Both the position numbers and the translations under genes were made by a program. Positions 50,791-61,288 of a DNA stretch of 61,288 nucleotides are shown in pieces. The notes beneath the pieces were generated by a model, which had not been told where the DNA came from, searched no databases, and was given only the letters and a program-made list of their open reading frames with translations. How positions within the stretch are numbered: position 1 is the stretch's first letter; each line of letters starts with the position of its first letter. This DNA is from Hyphochytrium catenoides (taxonomy: Eukaryota; Protista; Hyphochytriomycota): the NCBI GenBank assembly GCA_900088475.1, contig FLMG01000372.1, positions 1-61,288 of the forward strand, in the 5' to 3' direction.

Positions 50791-51130
50791 CATTATCACG
50801 CAACCAGCCCTCCCACTGCCTGCCACACTCAACTGTGTGCACAATGACATTCGCTATATGCTTTCTCCTTGCACTGTAGCGGGACAAACATTATGAGCGT
50901 CATACCTCAGAGGCGGCCCACCACAACTTTTCCATGAAGGTAGCAAGTGAGAAAATGAGATGTTGTAGACTGGGATAGATGTAAGAAAGGAGGTGGATGG
51001 ACGGCCATACTTAGGATGACGAGGAGCTGGCACAAGGATAGAAAAGAGCAAGCATCAGCAGATTGAGAGCAATACGAGGCGAAGGGATATGCAGTTGGGC
51101 TCAAGGAGTAGGAACTAGCAAGAAATTTCA

Positions 51131-53606
51131 TTATTTAGACTCTGTGCTATATAACGGTTCAAGCTTGCTTTGTAAGGATTGGACATGGGCTGCATGATCA
51201 AGACTAAATGTTTGTGCGTTGTCTGCAAGTGGACGCTTCAAAGGGGACGGACTCGAGGGGCGAGGCATGCTCTCCTTAGCCTCAGAAAGTCCTGACAAGC
51301 CAAGGAGAGTGCTATTTGACGAAGAGCAATCTATGGAGGAGTGCAGCTTTGATGGAGAAGGAGGATCTTTTTGATCAACAAGAGAGGTGGGCCGGGTCAA
51401 GGGTTTCAGCTGTCCCTTGCCAGGACTCTTCGTCTTGGCAAAGACTTGTGGAGGAAGGTCGCCGGGGTCACTGTTATCCGATGAGGAGTGCACTTCCTTA
51501 TCTTCTCGTGCCTGAAAGGTCTGCTTCAGCACGGGTTGGAGGCACTGGAATCTCCCCTTGGGAGACGAAGAGGGACTACTAATCCTGTCGGAAGTAGGCC
51601 GGAGGCTCTCTTGATAACTGTCTTTCTCGAGTGCTTGAAGCTCTTTACCAGGCAATCCCTGTTTCTCAGGTGCCATGTCACTAGTGACTAGTTGCTCAGG
51701 CCCGTCGATGCTAGATCCTTCCTTCGAAACAGGATCTGAAACACTATGTTTTGGGGACGAGCCCACCATGACTTTAGATCGCCTCTGAGTACCCTGTGCA
51801 GCATCGGTCTCTTCCTTAGCCGTAAATCCAGAAGATGAGAATCCGCCACCACCGCCCACTGCTTCAAGAGCACCTGTAGGCCTCAATGGGCTCGTGGTTG
51901 CGTGGTGCTTGTCTATGTTGGACGGTAGCATTCCAATGTCCTGTTCAATCCTAGTATGAGGCTTACTTGTTGGGCTTTGAGGCTTCCCTGGAGACACCTT
52001 GATTTGCGTTTGTGCTACTCGAGGAATAGACGACTGACTCTGGCCCATGGGCGTAGAGCTATCAACACTGTCTTGAGATAGGGTCAGCCATTGCCTTGAG
52101 TTGCCGCTGTCTTTAATTGGACTAGCGTTTGGCGAGGTAGCAGGGGAGCGAACGCGTGGCAGGTCATCGAGTGAAATAGTCCCTTTATGCTTGGGAGAGG
52201 TGCCGCTAGGGGGTGAGGACAGTCCAGACGTTGCATAGATTGAAGGAATTGTGGCTTTCCCACCCTTGGCCTCCGGCGAGCGCGCGGCTGATGTAGGTCT
52301 TGAGGTCTCATCCTTGACGTCTTGCTTTATCATGGACCCTGGCGGTGGATGGGGCGCTCCTTTTTGTCTGCTCCCGAACTCATCTTGCACAGGTGGATAT
52401 CGTACAATGACTTTAAAATCCCACGGACGTCGCCATTGACTCATACCTGAAGATAGCATCGCAGAGAAACTTAGTCCTTACCCGCATAGCTTACACCTAC
52501 ATTGGTAACTTTCATGTCATCACCCGCCCCATCACTTCTATTAATCTACGAACCTGTGACGCTGTTCATATAATACGTCAGATTGGTATTCTCGTCGAAG
52601 TAGTCAACCCAGAGGGGCGGCTCCCACTGACTAAGTCCTGAGGTGATGTCAATCCAATAAGGATTGATTCGATTCGGATCCCGAACCTCGAAGAAGTGAA
52701 CTGCGCTCCATTCTTCATGACCAGGATCTGTAAGGTTCTCAAAGTCTATTCCCAATGGCTTTTCCCTTAGGACCTGGTCCTGAGTGGGCAGAATAGCCGG
52801 AGGAGTCGCTTTGACCGCACGATGTGCTCCGAACTTCTTCAGCCCGGCTGCCGGGGGAGGCGGATGCTCTAGCTTTCCAGCCGCATATTGTTGAATCAGC
52901 TCGTTCCGAGTGGCTCTGACTTCTCTCTCTCTGCTATGCCCATTACTTTGAATCACCTTTCCCGTTGGGATGAGGGACCTCCCTCTGCGACCATTAGGAC
53001 TTGTCCTGGAACCGTTATCGTTCTTGTGAGGGGTGGTGCTCTTCACGGGAACGAGTGCAACCGTCGTGCAGGGGTTTGTGGGAGCTTGAGGGTGAAATGG
53101 AGAATCCTCTTCACCATCGTCCTCTGCGGTAGGCCCATCCATTGGTCTGTTTAGGAATTCCACATTTCCGGCAAACTCCCTGATGCGACAAGAGCTGAGC
53201 TCTATCCACTCTTTGGGACTATGGTCAAAGTCCACCAATGCGGTCCCATTAAGAGGATCCGTCTCCAGTACAGTCCCCAATGAATAACATTCGAATTCCC
53301 TCTCTATCTCAAGCCTCATGCCCACGGTGCTCTCTAAGTCCCAGGAAAAGCCTCTTTCTCTAAGGATTTTGAAGGACGTAGAAGATATAGAAAGCCTTTT
53401 CCTCCGTACTCCTTTGACTAGTAGTACCATTGAGTCCTCAACGGGGCTAAATTCTACGACAGTGGCTGGCATGAACTTGGCTCTTGATTGGGAGTAGTAC
53501 TCCACATGTTGCCCCGGTTCGACAACGACTAATAGAGCACGGATGGGTAAGAGTCCTGAACAAGGATCATCAACAGATATGCATACATAAAGGATCGCTT
53601 ACCCAT
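51131..53606 (-). CDS. Protein with two N-terminal Tudor/SH3-like barrels, tandem WW domains and a long Ser/Pro-rich disordered tail; 3 exons
   Basis: ATG-G/GTAAG micro first exon. WW motifs PYWIDITSGLSQWEPP and WVDYFDENTNLTYYMNSVTG/MSQWRRP. N-terminal GQHVEYY...ATVVEF and VGMRLEI...GTVLE...ALVDFD...EWIEL look Tudor-like (inferred). Confidence 0.8.
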
Positions 53607-54256
53607 GATTTCCCTGTTTCAAAGATGGTACTTGTAACAAGTGCGGGAGCTCTGGCAATTTGAGGCTATACCTTCCCGTCCCTGGGTCGCCTTTGGCAAG
53701 CCCTTCTGTTCTCACCGCATCCTGTCAGTGGCCCTTTGGAAGATTAAAACGCAGTGGCCCCACTTGCAGCTCCCTTAGTCGGCAAACTTCAAGCGGCGCA
53801 GCCAAGACCTCTGAGCGCCCTTGTCTCCTGGTAAAGACGGCCCCTGTCGGCTGCGGGCGATGCCATCTGGGATCTCCTCTGGCGTGTCAAGGCCGCTGAA
53901 CATCTGTGTGTGCCTTGACCGTGCTGTACCCTGTCCGTTACAGAACTCTGGCGCAGCTTATCCCGAATGACCCTCTCTATTATCCTGAATCCAACGGGAT
54001 ATCATCAGAATGGTTACCGAGTACCGCTAACGGCATTTCTGGCAATAATGCCCACGGCCATTCCTTTTCTGAACTGTGGAGAGGAGTTCCTATGGGCGAT
54101 GATGGCAGAAAATCATCCACCCAGCTCACATAGAACAATAGAAGCGCCGAGTCTTCAAGTCGGAGGAAGGTGGAGATCTCTGGGGCTGCTCAGCTGGACT
54201 CTTGAAAAGCGTCGCAGTACTAAGCTCCATCCTCCTGGTCACATAAAGAAGTCATC

Positions 54257-55447
54257 ATGCAACACGACGAGATCATTTGGCAGGTGGTTGGCCACACCTT
54301 CTGCTCCTACCGGACAAAGTAAGTCCATGATACGCGGGACGTCCATGGAACAATAGTCTAACAGGTCCTTCTTTGATGTGCTAGGGTTGGCAAAGAGGTG
54401 CAAGCTTTCTGTCGCAGTCCCTATAATGTTTCTGGGCTCTGTAATAGACAGGCTTGCCCGCTGGCCAACAGTAGATATGCAACTGTGCGAGAGGTTGACG
54501 GAGTCCTCTACTTATATATGAAGAGTGTCGAAAGAGCACATACCCCGAAGAATCTGTGGGAAAGAGTCAAGGTACCTTCTTTCAAGCAGCAGCCTTTCGC
54601 CAAGTCGGCTCTCCTCACCCCAAAATATTTGTAGCTCTCCAAGAACTACACGAAAGCTCTCCAGCAGATCGATGAACAGCTTCAGTTTTGGCCAAACTAC
54701 ATCGTCCATAAGAGCAAGCAGAGGCTGACAAAGATTCATCAATACCTTATTCGCATGAGAAAGCTGAAGCTGAAGACTAGACCAAAATTAGTGACAATAA
54801 ACAAAAAGGTTGAGAAACGAGAGGCAAGGCGGGAGGAGAAGGCCAAGGCAGCTGCACAACTTGACAATGCAATCAAGAAGGAGTTGCTTGAACGTCTTAC
54901 CAAGGTACGTTGCTTACACCTTAGTCTACGGTGTAGCCAGTCGCGGAACTAACCTCTGCTCTGCGGAACAGGGCACTTATGGTGATATTTATAACTTTCC
55001 TGAGCTCGCGTTTAGCGATGTCATCCAAGAGGTTGGCAAGGAAGATGAAGATGTTATTGATGATGCTGAGCTTGAGAGCGAAGAGGAAGAACTAAGCAAC
55101 GAGGTGGAATATGTGGAGGTAAGGTCAAGAATAGATTTTCCCTGAGAGGCAGATCTTAACGAGATGCACAGGATTATGAGGAGGATGAGAGTGATTTAGA
55201 AGATCTTGCGGAGTTTAATGATCCTGAGGAGAAGGACGATAGCGCGAGCCAGTCAAGTACCAAGAGGAAGAAAGGCGAGAGTGACGCGGGACCACGCAAG
55301 AAAGCTCGTACGTGCCTCTCAGGTCTATCCCTCTTGCACGTGTTTTCTAACTTAACCACTGCAGGCTCCGGTAAACCTCATTTGGAGATCGAGTATGAGG
55401 AGGAACGGGAGGATGAACGACAGAGCGTGGTGGAGACCAATTGGTAG
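54257..55447 (+). CDS. MAK16: MAK16 60S ribosome biogenesis factor, multi-exon
   Basis: [78 protein letters not shown], acidic tail with EIEYEEE. Confidence 0.97.
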
Positions 55448-55677
55448 CACTATCTTCCCATATTCCCTACCTGAATGTGTAATATATGTAGCATATGCGC
55501 AAGGCTTTCTCTGTGTCTTACGGACAGTGTACCAGTTTATTACCAATGTACGTCAATGAGAGGGGTGCTTGATCCTGGCCACTGGGCTACAGATCATACT
55601 TCATACAGCAGAGATTACAAGTAGACAGAATATACAGAACGGGCAAAAAAAATCATCAAGAGAACATGGAAGAACCG

Positions 55678-56208
55678 TCAATGCACTCTAAAGCGCGGCA
55701 TAACCTTTATGGGCTGGGCTTGGATCTTGATGGGCGTCCTGCACGTTGTGGTTTTGACGCTGTTGTCAGCCATAGCGTCATCTTGAACATTGAAGTAGCT
55801 GTGTTCTCCGATGACGCTGTCGATGTACTGAAGTAAGTGCCGATTGCTTCGACAGTCCAAAGAACAGAAGTCTGTCAAGCTGCTGGTGGATGCCAGATAC
55901 GCCTTTTTGCAGTTTGCACATACTCGCTTCCTATCTAGCGAAGAACTGGTTACTGATTGAAAGGCAGATTGATGTGCCTGATCCGGAAGTAACACAAGAG
56001 AAAGGGCCTCAAACGAGGCCATTGAGAAGATTGGATCCGACTCTGCAGTGAGCGGGCTCAAAGTGCTATTTTTCAAACTGCTTTCGACTTGGTCACCATC
56101 CGTGAACTTGGGCAAAGAGGCCCTTGCGTGCACATTTGAGTAGAGTTTACCAGTTGAGGATCTGGCTCTATCCTTCGGCTTTCCAAAGAGATCCTGCCAC
56201 CAGCCCAT
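55678..56208 (-). CDS. FCS/FLZ-type zinc finger protein, intronless
   Basis: CANCKKAYLASTSSLTDFCSLDCRS (CxxC...FCSxxC), with the short spacing I recall from oomycete proteins; ATG at MGWWQ. Confidence 0.75.
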   Translation of the reverse strand: MGWWQDLFGKPKDRARSSTGKLYSNVHARASLPKFTDGDQVESSLKNSTLSPLTAESDPIFSMASFEALSLVLLPDQAHQSAFQSVTSSSLDRKRVCANCKKAYLASTSSLTDFCSLDCRSNRHLLQYIDSVIGEHSYFNVQDDAMADNSVKTTTCRTPIKIQAQPIKVMPRFRVH

Positions 56209-57685
56209 GCCGGTTATCGAAGTAGCCCAAGAACCTTTCACTCAAATGATAAAAGAAAGGGCTGATCTCCAGGGAATGAAACCTTCTAGTGCGCAAACCG
56301 AAGGGCCTATTCTGCCACTCTTCCTGGCCCCCAAAAAATCTCAGCGTGACAGCTCGGCAACCGAAGGGATGAAGGTACCTGTCGTCAAGGGGATGAACCA
56401 AAGCTCCCTTCAATGGATTGGGTTATCGGCTGTTTTGCGGATTGCCTACTTATTATGGGTACCGAGCTAGAAGTAGCAGAGGACCATGCCCTTCGGTAGT
56501 GGGAAGAAAACCTGAAAGCGCGGCGCGCGAAGAGTTTCACTCCAGACAAACAATAGTGGGTAGAAAGTTCCTAGTCTTCCGCTCGAGGTTATTGTATCAT
56601 TTGTATCGCCAACGCATCGACCGGTTTTTGCCACATTTCATGTGTCTACAGTTCGTAGCAGTTTAGCAGTGCTGACCCTAAAGGGCCCCTTCTGTCCCTT
56701 CCTCAGCTCTCCCGCTCCTGCCTGACAAACCTGTAACATCGAGTTACAACGGTCCCAGAGGAGTAGCACGCTGGTACTAAACCTCACGGCGCCAAGCTTT
56801 TATTATGTACTCGTACGATGTAAGTAAATCTACAGTGCTATCCTGGACACAAACATCCTTCCTAAAGCCTTGTAACTGTCTCTCCTACTCTCCCCTTTAC
56901 CTCTCTAGTTGTTCCTTCTGTGATGATGGTGCCAGTAGGATGACAAGCAAAAGAACTTTTTTGTCATGCAAAGGCGCACCATACTTCCCACATTAGGGTC
57001 TGCTAGAGCCTTAGAGCTACAGAAGAAAATGCTGTGAAAGCCTACAGAGTTCGTACTGTAGCAGTACCGCACACTCATCAGTTACTACTTCCTAGGAACC
57101 CTCTGTGTACAGGTAGCACAATCTCTTTTCATAGTTCTATCTCTCTCTCCCACCCTTCTTCAACCTTTTTTGGCTGTAATAATAAGGTGCAATAAGTTCT
57201 ATTAGAACTACTGAGGAGGATAACCTTACAGGTAGAGGTTGAGCTCGAGGCAAGAAAATGGGGGCAGTAGGTTTGGTCAAAAATAACAAGTACAGCTGTA
57301 CAAGTAAAATCCTTTCCTGAGAGCTTTTGTTATTGGCAACTGGAGGAGGTAGCTGCAAGTACAAGTCCTCGAAGTGCTGTGACAAAGATGGGAACTGGAA
57401 CTACCCAATCTAGGAAAGATCCTTTTTACCAGAGACTTTGCTTGTATCAAATCCTCAAATCAAAGCTAATGAATAATGACTAACGACTAATTGACTGGAT
57501 GGCAGGCGCTGTAGAGTCCAGTCTAGCTGCTGCTGCAGATCATAACAGATACCTCGATCCTCATGCAGACACATAACTCAGAGTTCCAGGCCCACCAGGA
57601 TTCAGAGACCAGCCAGGCTTGCTTAGTCACAGCCTCAAAGGACCTTAAGGTTTGCCTTCTCCTTGAAGAAGGGCAGGAAGGCATT

Positions 57686-58672
57686 ATGGAGTTTCACTCC
57701 ATCCCAAGCACGCTTTCTGGAGAAGAACAGGCAAGCTCGGCATCTATGAGGCATCCAGAATGCACTTCTTCTTTGACACGCTAACAATTAGCTCTGAACT
57801 GTTACCCAGGTGGTGATCGTTGACAAAAGTAACGAGCCAGTGGGATCTGCTTCTCGCTCGGTCATGGTGAGGCGCCTACACTTGTGTAGTGAGATCCCAA
57901 GTAACTTGTACTTACCCGCCCGTCTCAAACTTGCAGAGAAAGTTTAGGCTGCCGCACCGCGCAACCTATATCTTCGTTCGGAATGAGAAGTGAGTGCTTA
58001 GCTTGAGCTTCTATAGAGCTGAAGCTTATGGCTGTGAAAGCAATGAGTTTGTCATTCAGAAAAGGACAATGCTCAAGGATTACTGCCCCGGTTACCTGGA
58101 CCCAGTTGCAGGTGGGGTGATTGGCTTTGGTGAAGACCCGGCTCTCAACGCTGTACGAGAAGCAGAAGAGGAGCTGGGAATCCGAGGAACTCCTCTTAAT
58201 TTCCTCTTTACCTTCTACTACGAAGATGAGAAAACAGCTGTTTGGGGCTATGCCTATGATTGCCTCTATAACGGACCCTTTTCTCTTCAAAAGGTAAAAT
58301 GCAGCCAGATATCAAGGGTCACTTATTCTCTGGCTCGCTCTGTTCGAGATCAGCGGAGCATGGCCTTGCCATTGTTCCTAGCAAACGACTCCTTGCGTTG
58401 CTGGTTGGCTCCATGCCAAAGCGAGTTGTTGGTGCGGTTTATTCGACACGCTGTTCGTATCTCCTCCCAATCTGCGTGTTTTCGGACCGCACTATATATA
58501 GAAGAAAGACATGTTGTCTGAACTGATCCGTCACCTGTAGGAAGAAGTTGAAAGCATTTGCTTCATGAAGTTGGAAGACATTCTTGAAGCACACCACCAG
58601 AAGACACTCCAAATCACGCCTGATGGCGTTGTTGCAGTACAAAAGTATCTAGAACTGAAGTCTAAAAGATAG
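57686..58672 (+). CDS. Nudix hydrolase, YfcD/IDI-like; first intron GC-AG
   Basis: EEQ/VVIVDKSNEPVG.ASR..M/RKFRLPHRATYIFV, QKRTMLKDYCPGYLD, Nudix box GGVIGFGEDPALNAVREAEEELGI, LQK/EEVESI, ITPDG. Confidence 0.92.
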
Positions 58673-59456
58673 ATCTTAAGGTAGGCTAAGAGTTGTAGAG
58701 TGTGACTGTACTCTTGAACGCACGCCTTAAGGACCCACATAGGACGTACGAATGACTGTGTGGGGTTTGTACATCGTGCCAGAGCATTATTGTCTTTTTA
58801 TCTGGACGCCGGCCGCATCTTGCCATCGGTCGTGCCGTTTACCGCAGACAATGACAGTCCTTTCAGTGAATAGTGTTTGTGTCTGACAGACGCTTGTGCC
58901 TGCAGGCGCCGCAGGTAAAGGAGATCTCACGGTCCACCAGTTATCCGAGATTGTTGGGAAGGCAAGTTACGTCTTGATAATTGTGGTCCTCTGCTAGCCG
59001 GTGCCACAAGATGGTGTCTGGCCCAGAAGTTGCCACAAGTTTCCCAGTGAACAGCACCTCATAACAGAATGACAGAGTGTCAAGAGTGATGGCACTATTT
59101 TTACTAATAAAGGTTGCTACTATTAGCGGCATAGCTTACTTCTAAGGCAAGGCTTACATCCTTTCGTGAACAAGCAAGATGACCGGCTATGGAGATTTCT
59201 TGTAAATACTCTGTTGCCATAAGCTTAAACCCTCGACCGCTTCTGAAGCAACCCCTTCTGCCATCATAGTATGCACTGCTAAGCAGTCAATAATGGGTTT
59301 TATAACGTTTACAAAAGGGTATCAGAGGGTAGGGTCACGGCGCTAACATACATCCCCTGATCAGGAGGAAACAGGGAGGCTCGCAAGCAACAGGGACGCA
59401 AAGGATGGGCAGTAATGAGCTGTCTCAACTCTGTGTGCTCTTCACTAGCCGAAACA

Positions 59457-60646
59457 TCATTGAGACGATGAGAGCAAATATGGTGAAATTGTGTCTTCTC
59501 TGCTCTGGTCTGCTGACCTGGTCTCGCGATATCCTAGAGGATTTTTGTCTTGCCAATTCCATGCGTCACGACACATGTCCTCTAACGACCTTGTAGCTTC
59601 CCAGTCTAGCTCACGCTTGGCCAATTCAGCGCTCGACCAAGCCGCAGGGGCATCGCCTTCTCGCCGAGGCCCATACTCGTGATTCAAAGGTAGACCCGTA
59701 GCTCGCTGCATCGCCTCTACCATCTCTTTTACTGATACGCCTTTTCCTCTTCCTAGATTGTACACCAGAAACCTGCCTGTTTTCGCCTCCTCTGGCTGCA
59801 GCGGCGAAGAGTCAAATTCAATCTTCCGTAACGCTGCAATGTGACCCTTCGCAACATCCACGACGTGAATAAAGTCACGCACGCACGTGCCATCCGGGGT
59901 ATCGAAGTCATTACCGAAAATTGTCAACTTCGTCCGTCTTCCGACCAGTACTTGTGTGATAAACGGCATCAGATTGTTAGGCGTCCCCAGAGGGTCCTCG
60001 CCTATCCTGCCGCTTGGATGGGCCCCGACAGGGTTAAAGTATCGCAGCACCACAACGCTCCAGCCAAAGCCTTTCGGACTCTCAGCATGCTTCTGAAGAA
60101 GCCGTTCTACCCTCAGCTTTGTCTCTCCGTAGGGATGCGCGATGCCGCTTCCTACTCTAGACGTTTCTTTGTAGGGGCAAGGCCCATCACCATAGACAGT
60201 AGCGGAAGAAGAGAAGACAATGCTGTGGCACTGATGCCTCTCCATAGCCTGTAGGAGGACCATCGTACCTCTTACATTAACGTCTTTGTAGAGCTCAGGT
60301 TTCTTTATGGACTCCGCCACCGATTTTAGACCTGCGCAGTGTATAACATGAAGGAATTGTCCCTCCACTTTAAAAACCTCATCTAGTCTTTCCGCATCTC
60401 TGACATCGGCCTCGTGGAAGGTAAGCTGCTCGCTCAAGCAGCCGCTAATTTCATAGAGCCGATGAATACATTCGGCGTTGGAGTTGCTAAGGTTGTCGAT
60501 AATTGTAACTGAATAGCCAGCCTCCAGAAGCTCCAGTGCTATGTGAGAGCCAATATATCCTGCACCTCCTNNNNNNNNNNNNNNNNNNNNNNNNNNNNNN
60601 NNNNNNNNNNNNNNNNNNNNNNNNNNNNNNNNNNNNTTGGTGCCAT
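59457..60646 (-). CDS. GALE: UDP-glucose 4-epimerase; 5' part interrupted by an assembly gap
   Basis: GGAGYIGSH, IDNLSNS, HCAGLKSVAES, FSSSATVYG, YGETK (YxxxK), LRYFNPVGAHPSG.IGEDP, DGTCVRDFIHV, RREGD. The probable start (ATG GCA CCA) lies upstream of the N run. Confidence 0.95.
60571..60636. other. Assembly gap (N run)
   Basis: Run of N within GALE. Confidence 0.99.
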
Positions 60647-60980
60647 CCTTTTGTCTACAGCGCCTTGTTCTACGCCTTCTCCTATGCCTTCCTCGCTTGA
60701 GGTGGATGCAGGAGTGAATCTGATGAGAGCGCACAACCAAGCAGTTTCAGGTTGTTACGCTTGCCCTTGCATATCTCTACGCATACTGTTCCCTTCTCCA
60801 AGTCCGCCGCTGATGAAATGATCGCACTAGGGACCTAAGTAGGCGAAGGAGGAGTGCCTTCTTGGTTCCAAATATCGCCGCGGTCTCAGAAGAAAGCTAA
60901 TAATCTGCACAGCTGTACAATGACCTCTCTACTGGGCACCAACTGCCTAATGCTACTAATAGAAAGTGACCCTCAAAGTC

Positions 60981-61009
60981 TCTGTCAATCTGTCAATAGG
61001 TCTGTCAAT
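60981..61009. repeat. Three copies of TCTGTCAAT
   Basis: Copies start at 60981, 60989 and 61001. Confidence 0.85.
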
Positions 61010-61256
61010 GGCACTGGCTGCTTGTGATGACGAGTGCAGGAAGCAACCGCAGGTGAGTGAAGCAAAGATTCAAGACCATTGTGAGGAGAGGATAGAGGAC
61101 GGGCAAGCACGCAGACGGAGGTTTTGGAGCGAAGAGGACAGAAAAATGGACATGGAGTCAGAAGGAGATGGAAAGACGAGGGCAGAGGACGGAGAGAAGA
61201 GAAAGAGACATTGAGGATAGACAGAGAAAGATAGAGAACTATATCCCTACTGTAAC

Positions 61257-61288
61257 AAAAGTTGCGTCACTTAAGTGATGCAACTTTT
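61257..61288. repeat. 32-bp near-perfect palindrome centred on ACTTAAGT, at the window end
   Basis: AAAAGTTGCGTCACTT|AAGTGATGCAACTTTT; a single mismatch, of the CpG to TpG type. Confidence 0.92.

Noticed and set aside
1-61288. CRISPR arrays, rRNA, snRNA, telomeric repeats, alternative genetic code
   Set aside because: None seen; all three stop codons terminate genes and conserved exons are open in the standard code.

Overview
Eukaryotic, roughly 50% GC genomic DNA with compact, intron-rich genes (GT-AG, CTAAC/CTGAC branch points, mostly pyrimidine-rich introns). The organism is flagellated and probably a stramenopile related to oomycetes; this is inferred from an oomycete-type Cys-rich secreted repeat and an oomycete-type FCS zinc finger. 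A full-length inner-arm dynein f/I1-beta heavy chain gene (DNAH2 type, about 57 introns traced by eye) spans 24.6-48.9 kb. Other genes are an isoprenylcysteine methylesterase-like hydrolase, an intronless GT2-GT4 fusion glycosyltransferase, PTC7 phosphatase, a secreted Cys/Pro-rich protein, a membrane-anchored glucosidase-II-beta-like protein, a WW-domain protein, MAK16, an FCS zinc finger, a YfcD-like Nudix hydrolase and UDP-glucose 4-epimerase. Regions 1-3.6 kb and 13.5-24.3 kb are gene-poor. They hold decayed gene and transposon relics, including a young 5'-truncated CRE-like non-LTR retrotransposon with a perfect 12-bp target-site duplication and an older, CpG-depleted relic of the same type. 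The window ends inside a 32-bp palindrome. I found no clearly novel multi-gene system. The best leads are the CRE-like family and its target site, apparent CpG decay of relics, the bacterial-type GT2-GT4 fusion and the isolated secreted protein.
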